Source: Candidatus Latescibacterota bacterium (GTDB lineage Bacteria > Latescibacterota > UBA2968 > UBA8231). Taken from it: 64,000 nucleotides of DNA. The position numbers were made by a program, and so were the translations under genes. The notes beneath the pieces are model-generated. The model did not search any database and was not told the origin of the DNA. It worked only from the letters and a program-made list of their open reading frames with translations. The first letter of the stretch is position 1. Every line of letters begins with the position of its first letter. The stretch spans positions 800,001 to 864,000 of the forward strand of contig CBDFJF010000001.1 in NCBI GenBank assembly GCA_965248265.1, written 5' to 3'. Positions 37,769 to 48,801 of this stretch are shown here, one piece after another.

Positions 37769-40516
37769 ATGAGCATGATGTCCTGGATTTGCCCTATCAA
37801 GAGCGGAGTCATCTGTCTTCTGGCTGCCTTGTTGCTGGTAGCCAGGAGTGCCAGTGGAGTCGTGGAATTTGTCTGCGCCGGCACAGGTGATGCCCCTGCC
37901 CACGACGGTTCCGCGGCTAAACACCTCGCCGCAGCGGCCTCCCCTCAAACCCTCAGAGCCCTCGTCATCTTCGCCGAGTTTGAACAGACCGGCTCCCGCC
38001 ACGGCGTGCCTGGCTTTGCGGTGAACCTGTTCGACCGTGAACGACCCGGTAGTCTGACGCATTTCTACAGCACCATGTCACACGGCCAGTTCCTGGTTGA
38101 GGGCTTCGTGCTGCCGCGCCGTTACGAATCAGACAGTCCCGCGTCGGCATACGTCGCCGCTGCCGACGATCAACGCGGCCTCTACGGCCAGTTCGTGCGG
38201 GAGATTCTGCGCAAGGCGGATGGTGATTTCAACTTCGCGGAGTTCGACAACGACGGGCCCGACGGCCTGGCCAATTCCGGTGACGATGACGGCTTCGTCG
38301 ACTACATCTTCGTCAACGTGGAGTCGACCCCGCCCCGGTTCTTCATCGGCAACGCCACTGGAATTGGCGGCCTGGGCATGGACGACCCGTATGTATCTGA
38401 AGACCTGGGCGTCAACGGCGAGCCCATTCAGGTCCCCCGATATACATCAGGCGGCTCGGTGCTGCGGGAAGGCAACTTCGAACAAACAGTCGGAATCATG
38501 GCTCACGAACTCGGCCACCATCTGGGCTTGCCCGATCTCTTTGACCGCTCCTATCCCAGTCCGGCCGAAGACAGCGCCGGCATCGGCCGCTGGGGCCTGA
38601 TGGCCTGGGGCACCGGTGGCTGGAATGGGCATGACGGACCGAATCCCTTCAGTGCCTGGAGCCTGGAGCAGCTGGGCTGGATTGGAGTTGACAATGAACG
38701 CCTGGTGGAGGTCAGCGGCGAGCACAAGGTCGCGGCCTTTACACCCCTGGGAGAGGGAGGCCATGTCTACAAGCTGGCAACCCGGAATCCCTTCGAGTAC
38801 TTCCTGGTGGAGCATCGCCGGCCCGTCACGAATTATTACGAGCGCAATCTGCCAGGCGACGGACTCTTGGTCTGGCATGTTCGCAACCTCCGCCGTGGCA
38901 ATCGCCTCGAGCGGGAGAAGCGCGTCGATCTGGTCTGCGCCGACGGGCTCTATGAAGACGGCGGGTTTCCGAACGGCAGCGTAGCTGCCCCGTTCTCGGG
39001 CGGTGACAATCTCGACTTCTGGTCTCACGACCCGGACTACGCAGGGTCGCATGCCGGAAACCTTGGCGATGCGACAGACCTGTTCGATGGCGTTCACTAC
39101 AAGGAGTTTTCCCCCACCTCCAATCCCCCGACCTTGCCGGGTATCGGTGTCTTTAACATCCGCCGCGAAGACGGGCTCCTGGCCGCCGACCTGCACCGTG
39201 ACACGCGCCATCGCTCGGGAACCATCGAAACGAATGAGGTCTGGCGCGACAGCATCATCGTCGTCGGGGATGTTGTTGTAGCTGCTGGGGCGAGACTGAC
39301 CATCAAGCCCGGTACGGTCGTTGTCTTCGATCTCGAGTACAACGGTGGCGGCCTGGATGCAGAGCGCAGCGAGCTGGTCATCGATGGCAAGCTCATCGTC
39401 GGTGAATTGGGTAGGCGACCGGTCGTATTCACCTCTGCAGCCCCCTTGCCCAGGCGCGGCGACTGGTACGGCATCGTCGTCCACTTCCAGGGCGAGATCG
39501 ACATCCGCAACGCCCTCATCGAGTACGCCCACGAGGGAATCTCCGGTGGAGGTTGGAATCGTCCGCACATACTGCAGGCCGTGACCGTTCGCCAGGCGCG
39601 CCTGACCGGCATCCACCTGGTACGGATGAGACAACCCCTCACGCTTTCGGAGCTCGAGGTCAGTGAGTCGGGCGCCGGAGTGCGAATCCAAGGTTCCGGC
39701 CCGGTGCGGGTGACCGATTCCCGCTTTGCCGACAATGCCACCGTTGGCTTCGTGCAGATCGGCGGGTCGCTGCAGCTGCTCAACAGCGAATTCGTCGACA
39801 ATGGTATCGAGAATGCGGACGGGGCTAATGTGGTCCTCGAACGTACTGTCGGCCGTATCGCCGATAATCAGTTCAGCGGTGGAGTGGGGATCCGCATCAT
39901 CGAGAGCCGCGACCTCGCCGTCGATGGCAACACGCTGAACCGCCATACGGTTGGCCTGTTATCGTCCAATTCACAACCGCGCGTAGAAGGCAATCGCATG
40001 GTTGCCAACGAGCTCGCCGTGCGGGTTGAAGGGCCCTTGGTGCCAGTTCGTGTTTCGCTGAACACGGTTGAGGACACGGAGCGCCTGCTGGACAACCAGG
40101 CCTCGCGTCAGGTCAATGCCGCCAACAATTGGTGGGGGGGAGAGGATGAGTTGTCGATCGGCCAACGCATGGATGGGGCCGTTGAATGGCGTCCGTTTCT
40201 CAACTTCGATCCCAGTCTGCCGCTGGACTTCGCCTTGAAACAGAACTACCCCAACCCCTTCAACAGCGGCACCACGATCGAGTACACGGTCGGCACCAGC
40301 ATCCTGGGGACGGGATCCAGCACCGTATTGGACATCTTCACAATCACCGGCAGCCTCATCCGCCGCCTCGTCGATGAGCCGACCCTGCCCGGCCACCACG
40401 CGGTCTCCTGGGATGGCCGTGACCGGCGCGGTCATGCAGTCGCCAGCGCCGTCTACTTCTACCGCTTGCGGATCGGCGAGCATACGGAAACACGGCGGCT
40501 CTTGCTGTTGAAGTGA
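37769..40516 (+). CDS. M6 (immune inhibitor A-like) metalloprotease + beta-helix + FlgD-Ig/T9SS-like C-terminal domain
   Basis: HELGHHLGLPD, WGLMAWG Met-turn, EYFLVE; LKQNYPNPFN..WDGRD..YFYRL..TRRLLLLK. Confidence 0.9.
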   Translation: MSMMSWICPIKSGVICLLAALLLVARSASGVVEFVCAGTGDAPAHDGSAAKHLAAAASPQTLRALVIFAEFEQTGSRHGVPGFAVNLFDRERPGSLTHFYSTMSHGQFLVEGFVLPRRYESDSPASAYVAAADDQRGLYGQFVREILRKADGDFNFAEFDNDGPDGLANSGDDDGFVDYIFVNVESTPPRFFIGNATGIGGLGMDDPYVSEDLGVNGEPIQVPRYTSGGSVLREGNFEQTVGIMAHELGHHLGLPDLFDRSYPSPAEDSAGIGRWGLMAWGTGGWNGHDGPNPFSAWSLEQLGWIGVDNERLVEVSGEHKVAAFTPLGEGGHVYKLATRNPFEYFLVEHRRPVTNYYERNLPGDGLLVWHVRNLRRGNRLEREKRVDLVCADGLYEDGGFPNGSVAAPFSGGDNLDFWSHDPDYAGSHAGNLGDATDLFDGVHYKEFSPTSNPPTLPGIGVFNIRREDGLLAADLHRDTRHRSGTIETNEVWRDSIIVVGDVVVAAGARLTIKPGTVVVFDLEYNGGGLDAERSELVIDGKLIVGELGRRPVVFTSAAPLPRRGDWYGIVVHFQGEIDIRNALIEYAHEGISGGGWNRPHILQAVTVRQARLTGIHLVRMRQPLTLSELEVSESGAGVRIQGSGPVRVTDSRFADNATVGFVQIGGSLQLLNSEFVDNGIENADGANVVLERTVGRIADNQFSGGVGIRIIESRDLAVDGNTLNRHTVGLLSSNSQPRVEGNRMVANELAVRVEGPLVPVRVSLNTVEDTERLLDNQASRQVNAANNWWGGEDELSIGQRMDGAVEWRPFLNFDPSLPLDFALKQNYPNPFNSGTTIEYTVGTSILGTGSSTVLDIFTITGSLIRRLVDEPTLPGHHAVSWDGRDRRGHAVASAVYFYRLRIGEHTETRRLLLLK

Positions 40517-40554
40517 GGGCGGCCGCCACGGCATCGCCGACGCGCGCCATGCGC

Positions 40555-40949
40555 GTCGCAGCAGGACGGTGTGGAGGTGCACATCGATGCGCGTCCCGAT
40601 CCAATACGCTCTCTAAGCCGGCTGCCACCGACGCCAAATATGGAGCACACCGTTAAGATCCGGCTAGCCCCGGGCAGCACGAAAGAGGAGACCTTCGTTC
40701 TCGATCTTGAGCCGCTCCAAGAGCTTGGGGTACAGGCACTCGGTGTTTTCACCGAGAGTGGCCACAGCTGCGAGATCGCTATTCCTCTTGAGTACATCGA
40801 ACAGCGACAGGGAGGACTGGGACAGAATCCGTATCAACGTTACAGTCAGAGACAAGGATAGCGATGGAGAGTTTTGTCAGCTCTGGTGGCGTCCTCCATG
40901 GAGCCAGTTCGACAGCTACCCCGGATCTGGGACGTTCGTCCGAAAGTGA
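40555..40949 (+). pseudogene. CBM9-like domain relic, paralogous to the C-terminus of the 58453 gene
   Basis: DGVEVHIDARPDPIRS..EIAIP; frameshift; QLWWRPPW..GSGTFVRK. Confidence 0.7.
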
Positions 40950-41110
40950 CAGGCTATAGTCGCCAGACTGCTGGAATTGACCTTCGGCCAACTCGCTCGC
41001 CGATACAGTCTGATGCTCGGTTTTACCCGATATTCGACGAAACGACCAAAGAGTTCGTGTATCAACTGGTTTTCCTGGGATTACGCGAACCTTTTGTTTG
41101 CATACAAGTA

Positions 41111-41117
41111 GTTAAAC
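41111..41117 (+). other. Cassette 5' core site GTTAAAC
   Basis: Fits GTTRRRY; GTTAAACGA is the exact reverse complement of TCGTTTAAC at 42841-42849. Confidence 0.6.
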
Positions 41118-41273
41118 GACATGAAGAATCAGTAAAGGCAACTGACGCGAGCCTAAAAGCCCCTTGAGGTGAAATAGAGTATGCAGCCTTGGGTGATGAT
41201 CTCGACACTCATACTTGGCCTATCTGGAATGGCTTGCTTGATGTGAATCGCCCCGGGTTTTTCGGAGACTCGG

Positions 41274-42505
<1,232 letters not shown>

Positions 42506-42842
42506 GACTCCAATCCTCTCAAGAAATGGAGCCTCCGGCAACCCCGGGGCGATTCAATGTGGGGTATTGTCAAGAACCAGAAGTATGCCGTTTGGATAGG
42601 TCATCTAATTGTCAGCTTGCACATGGGCATGTACTTCATAGGTAGTGGTAGCTGGTTCATTGCACTCGGGACTCTGTCATTTGCAGCGGCGGGCTTTGTT
42701 TTTCCTGTAAAGGATAGCCAATACAGATTTTGGCTTTGGTTCTCACTAGCCCTTCCACCTGGTCTTGTATATCTGTTTTTCATGGGTCTGTGGGTGGTAG
42801 TTCTGCTTGGGTTTAAGCACTGACTCGACCGCCGTTAACATC

Positions 42843-42933
42843 GTTTAACACACGGTTGCCACTGCGCCGCATTCGCGGCTTGGCCCTTCGGGCAACCTGC
42901 TCCGCAGGTTCGGCAATCGGTAAAACGTTAGAC
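42843..42933 (+). other. Integron attC site
   Basis: R'' GTTTAAC 19 nt after the cassette stop; CGGTTGCC/GGCAATCG inner arms; internal hairpins; R' GTTAGAC; 91 bp. Confidence 0.75.
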
Positions 42934-42994
42934 GACAGCGAGAAAACGAGGTACGAATCAGCCAACTGACGGGGCAAGCATGGCAATCTTCGGC

Positions 42995-43023
42995 TTGACT
43001 GCGTCACTCAGTAATTCTACTCT
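42995..43023 (+). promoter_or_regulatory. sigma70-type promoter of the TA operon (probably leaderless)
   Basis: TTGACT-17bp-TACTCT; ATG 7 nt downstream; no SD. Confidence 0.6.
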
Positions 43024-43029
43024 CAATGT

Positions 43030-43263
43030 ATGGACAGCTACCAACACATAATCACGGTCGAACCCGGCAAGCGTGGAGGGAAGCCGTGTATCCGTGGTCT
43101 GCGGATCACCGTCTACGAGGTTCTTGAGTACCTGGCTTCTGAGATGACTGAAGAGGAGATCCTCGCTGACTTCCCGGATCTCACCAAGGACGACCTGAAG
43201 GCCTGCCTCGCCTTCGCAGCCGATCGAGAGCGTAGGTTGTCGTCCTCTCCTCCGGCAGCGTGA
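43030..43263 (+). CDS. DUF433 antitoxin
   Basis: ITVEPGKRGGKPCIRGLRITV..EEILADFPDLTKDDLKACLAFAA. Confidence 0.93.
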   Translation: MDSYQHIITVEPGKRGGKPCIRGLRITVYEVLEYLASEMTEEEILADFPDLTKDDLKACLAFAADRERRLSSSPPAA

Positions 43264-43592
43264 AGCTGCTTTTTGACCATAACCTTCCGCCGCGCCTTGC
43301 GGCCACTTTGCAGCTCGATTTTCCGGGTTCGATTCACGTTCGTGACGTAGGCCTTCAGACCTCAACCGACGTAGAGATCTGGGATTACGCTGCAGAGCAC
43401 GATTTCACGATAGTTTCGAAGGACTCGGACTTCCACCACCTCAGCTTCGTCCAAGGTGCTCCTCCTAAGACTATTTGGATCCGACTCGGTAACTGCACGA
43501 CATTGGATATTGAGCAGTTGCTTCATGGGAGTCACGCGGAGGTTTTCGAGTTTGGTGAGGATTCAGATCTTTCGTTTCTCATCCTCGCCTGA
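43260..43592 (+). CDS. DUF5615 PIN-like toxin (VapC45-type)
   Basis: MKLLFDHNL, DVEIWDYA, IVSKDSDF, PPKTIWIRLGN; GTGA overlap with antitoxin. Confidence 0.92.
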   Translation: MKLLFDHNLPPRLAATLQLDFPGSIHVRDVGLQTSTDVEIWDYAAEHDFTIVSKDSDFHHLSFVQGAPPKTIWIRLGNCTTLDIEQLLHGSHAEVFEFGEDSDLSFLILA

Positions 43593-43671
43593 GCCAGTCC
43601 AAAAATCTGCTTCTCTTCGTCGGTTTGAGTTGCTTGACAACGTCCACCACTGGGACAGACCCGATTGACCC

Positions 43672-44001
43672 ATGTTAGGCTGGATATTTGCATTCGCTAC
43701 CGTTGGTCTCCTCGGAATCCTGGTCAAGATCTGGCAGGATCACGTAAAAAACCAACAACAGTTGGTTGCGATTCGAGAGCTCGTGCGGCAGAAGACACAG
43801 GGCCACCTGGATGCAATCAAGTCCATCCATGATGAGATCGCCGAGCTCGAAGAGCAAATCGCCGTCTCGCGCGACGAACTGAGTGTTCTTGAGGAGAATG
43901 TCTTGCATAGTCGCGAACAGCTCGCTGACCTGGAAGAGCAACTGGAGCGTCGTCTGCCACGGCATCGAGTCGAACGGGATGACGAAGACGAGGGGACGTG
44001 A
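43672..44001 (+). CDS. Single-TM coiled-coil protein
   Basis: N-terminal TM, long heptad repeat, acidic tail. Confidence 0.8.
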   Translation: MLGWIFAFATVGLLGILVKIWQDHVKNQQQLVAIRELVRQKTQGHLDAIKSIHDEIAELEEQIAVSRDELSVLEENVLHSREQLADLEEQLERRLPRHRVERDDEDEGT

Positions 44002-44002
44002 T

Positions 44003-44305
44003 ATGACTGAGACGTGGGTGGTTGCGTGCGTGCTGGTGATGGTAGTCTGCGCACTCTCCAAGGGTTACACGACCAAGAAGACGACTGAGCGCAGGCGGGA
44101 GATTGCCCTATTGGAAGCGGAAGAGAGGCGCGCTCGTGAGGAGCGTGACAAGGCCTCCGTCGTCAAGGAGAGCTCAGAGGCGCGCAGAAACCAAACGCAA
44201 TATGAATGTAAAAGAAAGCAGACCGAACGGGAGGAGCTTCAAGCTAGAATCGAAGAGGTCCAGAGTCTCATTCAAAGGCCGGGGCAGCAAGACGACGAAG
44301 AGTAA
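44003..44305 (+). CDS. Single-TM coiled-coil protein
   Basis: ATG 1 nt after upstream stop, GAGGGG RBS; TM + charged helix + QDDEE tail. Confidence 0.75.
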   Translation: MTETWVVACVLVMVVCALSKGYTTKKTTERRREIALLEAEERRAREERDKASVVKESSEARRNQTQYECKRKQTEREELQARIEEVQSLIQRPGQQDDEE

Positions 44306-44387
44306 GTCCGCGATTGTCAAAGTTCGACCCACGGATTGGAAGTCTGATGAGCGCCAGGATGAGTGGAGACACATTGTCAACTGTGAC

Positions 44388-46157
44388 CTATCTCTGCCCG
44401 AGATCGCCTTGCCATAGCAGCTGCATCTCTTCGCACGTCTGCAAGAGGTCGTCCAGCTTGCCCTCGGCCTCTACCCGGCCTGCTTTGAGCACGATGATGT
44501 TGTCTGCGCACCTGTACGCAGCACGACGATGAGACACAACCAGCATAGTAGCATCCGGTAACGCGAAGACGCGCTCCCACAATGCCCGTTCTGTTTCCAC
44601 ATCCAGGGCACTGGAGAGATCGTCGAAAACCAACAGCTCGGGATCGCGGGCGAACATCCGGGCGGCAGCGGCGCGCTGGACCTGGCCGCCCGAGAGCTTG
44701 ACGCCGCGAGGACCGACTATCGTCTCCAGCCCGCTCTCCAATTCAGCGACGTCCTTCTCCATGACACCCGCATGGATTGCAGCTTCCAGCTTCTCGTCGT
44801 CCACCTTGAGGCCCATCAGGATGTTGCTGCGCAGCGTATCGCTGAAGAGCCACGGGGTCCGAGGCGTGTGGGCACAACGTGGCGGCACGAGAAAGGTTCG
44901 GAGGTCTGCCACCGTCTCTCCGTTCCATCGGACGTCACCCGAGTCCATGGGAAGCAGTCCCAGCAGGACCTCCAGCAGGGTAGTCTTGCCTGAGCCGATC
45001 CGTCCTGTGACGACCGTAAAGCTACCCCGTAGTAGGCTCAGACTAACGCTGTTGATGCCCTGGTCCGACTCTGGGTGAGTATAGCTCAGGCCCTCCACCA
45101 TAAGGCTCTCCAACCGGTGTTGTGGAGTCTTCGGGATAGAGGGCTCCTCCGGAATGGGGCCCCGCAGACGCATTTTCCCGCCTTGGGTCAATGCGTCCAT
45201 TGGTGAATTCGGAATCAGTTCGGATAATCGTTCTAATGAAACGCGGGCTCTTCGCAGAGCTGCGAGAAACGCACCGGCCCTCTGCAACGCCCAGTTCATC
45301 GATTCCGTGCCCACAATGCTGACGAACAATGCGAAATCGCCGACAGTGAAGGACCCGTTGCGCATTTGTCCCGCCGCGAGAAGAAGCACCACCCCCGTCA
45401 TTATCGTCACGAGCCCGCCGGTCAGTGCCCCCATTAATCCGTCGACAAGCCCCTCCTTCATGTCTGCGCTCCGCCGCCGGTTGCTGAGTTGGTCGAAGTG
45501 ATTCCGTGCTCGCTCTTCAGCTCCGGCGACCTGCAAGACCTGGACGGCACCCAGCAGCTCGCCCAGCGCCCCGGAAACTCTCCCGGTTGCCTCACGACTC
45601 CTTTGCCTGAACACATCGATACGGCGGCCAAGAACCTTCGTGATCAAGAAAACGGCGATGCTGGGAAGAAGAGCTACAACAGTGATCACGGAATCTATGG
45701 ATGCCATCACATAGACTCCGACGCCAAGGCTTACAGCAGACCCGATGAAGAGTGTGCCTAGAAATATCGGCTCAACAGTTTCTGTTGCGTCGTCCCTGAA
45801 GCGATTGAGCATCTCGCCAGCACTCGGTCCCGCGCGCTGGGGCCGATCTGACAGGATGGTATTGAGGAGGTTTCTTTGAAGTCGGGCGTGGAGCAGATTT
45901 TTCAAGAATTCATTGAGGTTCCAAAAGCCATTCTGGAACACGAGCAGAATAACCAGGTTCAACACGGCCATGAATGCGAGCAGCGTGTACACATCGAAAC
46001 CAACCTGGGCGTTGCCGGTAATCGTATCGAAGATCGCTTTGAGCAATAGTCCCGTGACGACCCCCGAGCTTTGATAGCCAACCGCGACCACGGTCACTCC
46101 GATATGACCGAATATATTTTGTCGGATCAGGTGCCACAGGCAGTGCCTGGTTTTCAT
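44388..46157 (-). CDS. ABC exporter permease/ATPase (MdlB-like half transporter)
   Basis: TM domain; GRIGSGKT, LSGGQ, LLVFDD, VSHR. Confidence 0.93.
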   Translation of the reverse strand: MKTRHCLWHLIRQNIFGHIGVTVVAVGYQSSGVVTGLLLKAIFDTITGNAQVGFDVYTLLAFMAVLNLVILLVFQNGFWNLNEFLKNLLHARLQRNLLNTILSDRPQRAGPSAGEMLNRFRDDATETVEPIFLGTLFIGSAVSLGVGVYVMASIDSVITVVALLPSIAVFLITKVLGRRIDVFRQRSREATGRVSGALGELLGAVQVLQVAGAEERARNHFDQLSNRRRSADMKEGLVDGLMGALTGGLVTIMTGVVLLLAAGQMRNGSFTVGDFALFVSIVGTESMNWALQRAGAFLAALRRARVSLERLSELIPNSPMDALTQGGKMRLRGPIPEEPSIPKTPQHRLESLMVEGLSYTHPESDQGINSVSLSLLRGSFTVVTGRIGSGKTTLLEVLLGLLPMDSGDVRWNGETVADLRTFLVPPRCAHTPRTPWLFSDTLRSNILMGLKVDDEKLEAAIHAGVMEKDVAELESGLETIVGPRGVKLSGGQVQRAAAARMFARDPELLVFDDLSSALDVETERALWERVFALPDATMLVVSHRRAAYRCADNIIVLKAGRVEAEGKLDDLLQTCEEMQLLWQGDLGQR

Positions 46158-47920
46158 GCCTGTGCCTCCTCAAGCCCGGTCCTGAGAAGGCCGGCAAACC
46201 GTGAAGAGGGATCACTGGCGAGGGTGGAGCGCTCGCCATGCTCAAGTATCGCCCCATTCTCGATAACGACTATTTCGTCTACGCGCTGGACGGTCGCCAG
46301 GCGGTGGGCGATCACCAATCCCGTGCGGCCCTTCAGCAACCGGTTCACCGCTTGTTGTATGAGGGCTTCCGTAGCGGGGTCGAGGCGAGACGACGCTTCG
46401 TCCAGAATCACACAGTCAGGGTCTCGCAGAAAAACGCGGGCGAAGGCCAGAAGCTGGGACTCGCCTGCTGAAATCTGCTCACCGTCTGCGCTGAGCTCGG
46501 TGTCCAAGGCGTTGGGAAGGGTGTTGTACCAGTCGCTCAACCCCAAGGACTCAAGCGTGTCGACAATACTGCCGTCGCTGATGGCTGGGTCAAACAGCGT
46601 GAGGTTGTCACGAACCGTAGCCTGGAACAGCTGCACGTCCTGAGTGACCAAGCCCACTCGCGCCCTGAGGTCCTTGACTCGCAGGTGGCGGAGGTCCGCA
46701 TCTCCGAACCGGACTATGCCTTTGTCCGGATCATGAAATCGGAAGACTAACCGGGACATCGTAGTCTTGCCGCTTCCTGTGCGGCCAAGCAGACCAAGCG
46801 TCCTCCCCGCCTCAAGGCGAAAGGAAACGTCGCGAAGAACTCGGACACCCGGCTTGTATGAGAACGATACATCGCTGAACTCGAGTGACAATGGCCCCTG
46901 CGGCAGGCCTCCACCATCTCCGTCTGCAACCTTGGAAGTGGTATCCAGCAGTTCCTTGATTCTCAGGATGCTGGCGCTGGACCGCTGCAAGTCAGCAAAC
47001 TCTCTCATCAGGTGAATGATGGGGAGTCCTATCATTGTCAGATAGTGCAGAACCAGATAGACCGTGCCTATTGTGATATCGCCACGCTTGAACAAGTAGG
47101 CGCCGACGGCAAGCCCTGCGACCATCCTCATGCTGTTGATGGTATTGGAAAGGTTGAATGCGAAACCGCTGATGATCATGGCTCGCGTCTGAGAGACAAT
47201 CCGTGTGCGAGCCGCCTCGTAAAAACGGCGCATCGTGAACGGGAGTGCACCCGCTTTTTGAATATCCGCCACCCCAGATAGTTGCTCACCCAGAAAGCCG
47301 TACAGATCGGCTCGTGCCACACTCTCACTCTGCCAGAAAGGTGAAACGAACTTGGTGATCCGAGACTGCAGGACCAGGAAGAAGATGGCGAAGCCCAGAA
47401 TTGCCAGGCCGAATCGCCAGTCCTCTGCCCAGGAGACCACCACCAGCGCCGCGAGCAGCAAGAGAGCACCAACGATCTGGATGAAGAACTGGGAGAAAAA
47501 GTTTGCCAGTCTCTCGATATCACCGTCGATACGCTCCAGCAGCTCGCCCGGGGTATGCGCGCTGTGGAAACTCATGTCTAGTTTGAGCACGTGCAGTGTC
47601 AGATCGGACCGCAGCTGGTTCGTCGCCCTCCAAGCCAGGTCGCGGCCGAAGTAGATGACGAATGCGCTCAACACCCGGGAAGTTAGACCCGCGCACAAGA
47701 ATATCAGCGCAGCGAGGTAGAGTGACTCGAGAGCACCCTTTTCTTGTGCGGTGTCGATGAAATAACGAACGATCTGCGGGGTTGCGATTTGCAGCCCGGT
47801 GCCGGCAAACAGCAACGCGGCGAGAAGCATTACCAAGGCACGGTACGGCCGTAGGTACTTGCCCTGCAGAGCTGCGTAGAGCTTGAGTGACTTAAGCATT
47901 CGATCAGCCGTGAGACTCAT
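46154..47920 (-). CDS. ABC exporter permease/ATPase (partner half transporter)
   Basis: GRTGSGKT, ISAGE, VILDEASS, IAHRL; ATGA overlap with partner. Confidence 0.93.
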   Translation of the reverse strand: MSLTADRMLKSLKLYAALQGKYLRPYRALVMLLAALLFAGTGLQIATPQIVRYFIDTAQEKGALESLYLAALIFLCAGLTSRVLSAFVIYFGRDLAWRATNQLRSDLTLHVLKLDMSFHSAHTPGELLERIDGDIERLANFFSQFFIQIVGALLLLAALVVVSWAEDWRFGLAILGFAIFFLVLQSRITKFVSPFWQSESVARADLYGFLGEQLSGVADIQKAGALPFTMRRFYEAARTRIVSQTRAMIISGFAFNLSNTINSMRMVAGLAVGAYLFKRGDITIGTVYLVLHYLTMIGLPIIHLMREFADLQRSSASILRIKELLDTTSKVADGDGGGLPQGPLSLEFSDVSFSYKPGVRVLRDVSFRLEAGRTLGLLGRTGSGKTTMSRLVFRFHDPDKGIVRFGDADLRHLRVKDLRARVGLVTQDVQLFQATVRDNLTLFDPAISDGSIVDTLESLGLSDWYNTLPNALDTELSADGEQISAGESQLLAFARVFLRDPDCVILDEASSRLDPATEALIQQAVNRLLKGRTGLVIAHRLATVQRVDEIVVIENGAILEHGERSTLASDPSSRFAGLLRTGLEEAQA

Positions 47921-47984
47921 GGTCTTTGATCACGACATCAGTGATCATAGGCAAACAGGTTCGGACGGCACTATAACAATGGCA

Positions 47985-48587
47985 AGGGTGGGATATGGGA
48001 TAACTTCCTCTGATGGCGTCTATCGCATGCGCCTGATGCCGGGCACGTACACTTTATCCCTCTGGTCTGCAGACAGCGGCGAATTTCGTCTCAAACCATC
48101 AGCGATGTTCAAGTTTTGGAAGATACGAACCTGGATATCACGCTGCAGGCTGGTGGCTTCGTCCTCTCTGGACGCGTCACTGATAAAGATGGGGCAAGTC
48201 ATGGCGGACAGGACAATAGTCGTCGCTCACAGACTGCCGACTAATTCTATGTCTGAGATCGATATCTCGGCCTACGACGAAAGCACAGGCAGCTTTTCTA
48301 CTAGCATCACCGATCCGGGCGGTACCTACTCGCTGGTGCTCCCGTTGGGGACCTACGATTTCACCCTTAACGACCACAGCCCGGCTCATTTTCCTCCTGT
48401 CGGTCCCCAATTCCCCGAACAGCACATTGCCAATGTTGTCGTCGAAAGGACCACGCCAGGCCGGGGCCTACACCCTGCACTGGGACGGCCGAAACGACCA
48501 AGGATACGAACTGGCCAGCAGCGTCTATCTGTATCGCCTGCAGGATGTAAGCAGGTGGAGACACGGAAGCTCCTCTTGCTGAGATAG
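47985..48587 (+). pseudogene. Secreted protein relic (carboxypeptidase-regulatory-like repeats + FlgD-Ig tail)
   Basis: TSSDGVYRMRLMPGTYTL, TDPGGTYSLVLPLGTYDF, then shifted YTLHWDGRNDQG..VYLYRL and VETRKLLLLR. Confidence 0.7.
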
Positions 48588-48801
48588 TAGCATGTGCCTG
48601 CAGAGACGGCTACGTTGACGCAGAGTGCCCGTCGTTGACAGAATCCGATGGACATCTCCTTGTGCCTGTTTTAGAAGGCATCGACTTTCTTGGTGAGGAG
48701 GCACACGATTGGAGGGCCCCTGTGAGTCGTAAGTTTGCTGACATTGCAACGCTGAAAGATTCAACGCGCATATCTCCAGTCCGTTTGCCAAGGGTGTTGC
48801 T

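Noticed and set aside
40950-41110. Integron integrase remnant upstream of the cassette
   Set aside because: No tyrosine-recombinase motifs in the minus-strand frames I read, and the region is too short
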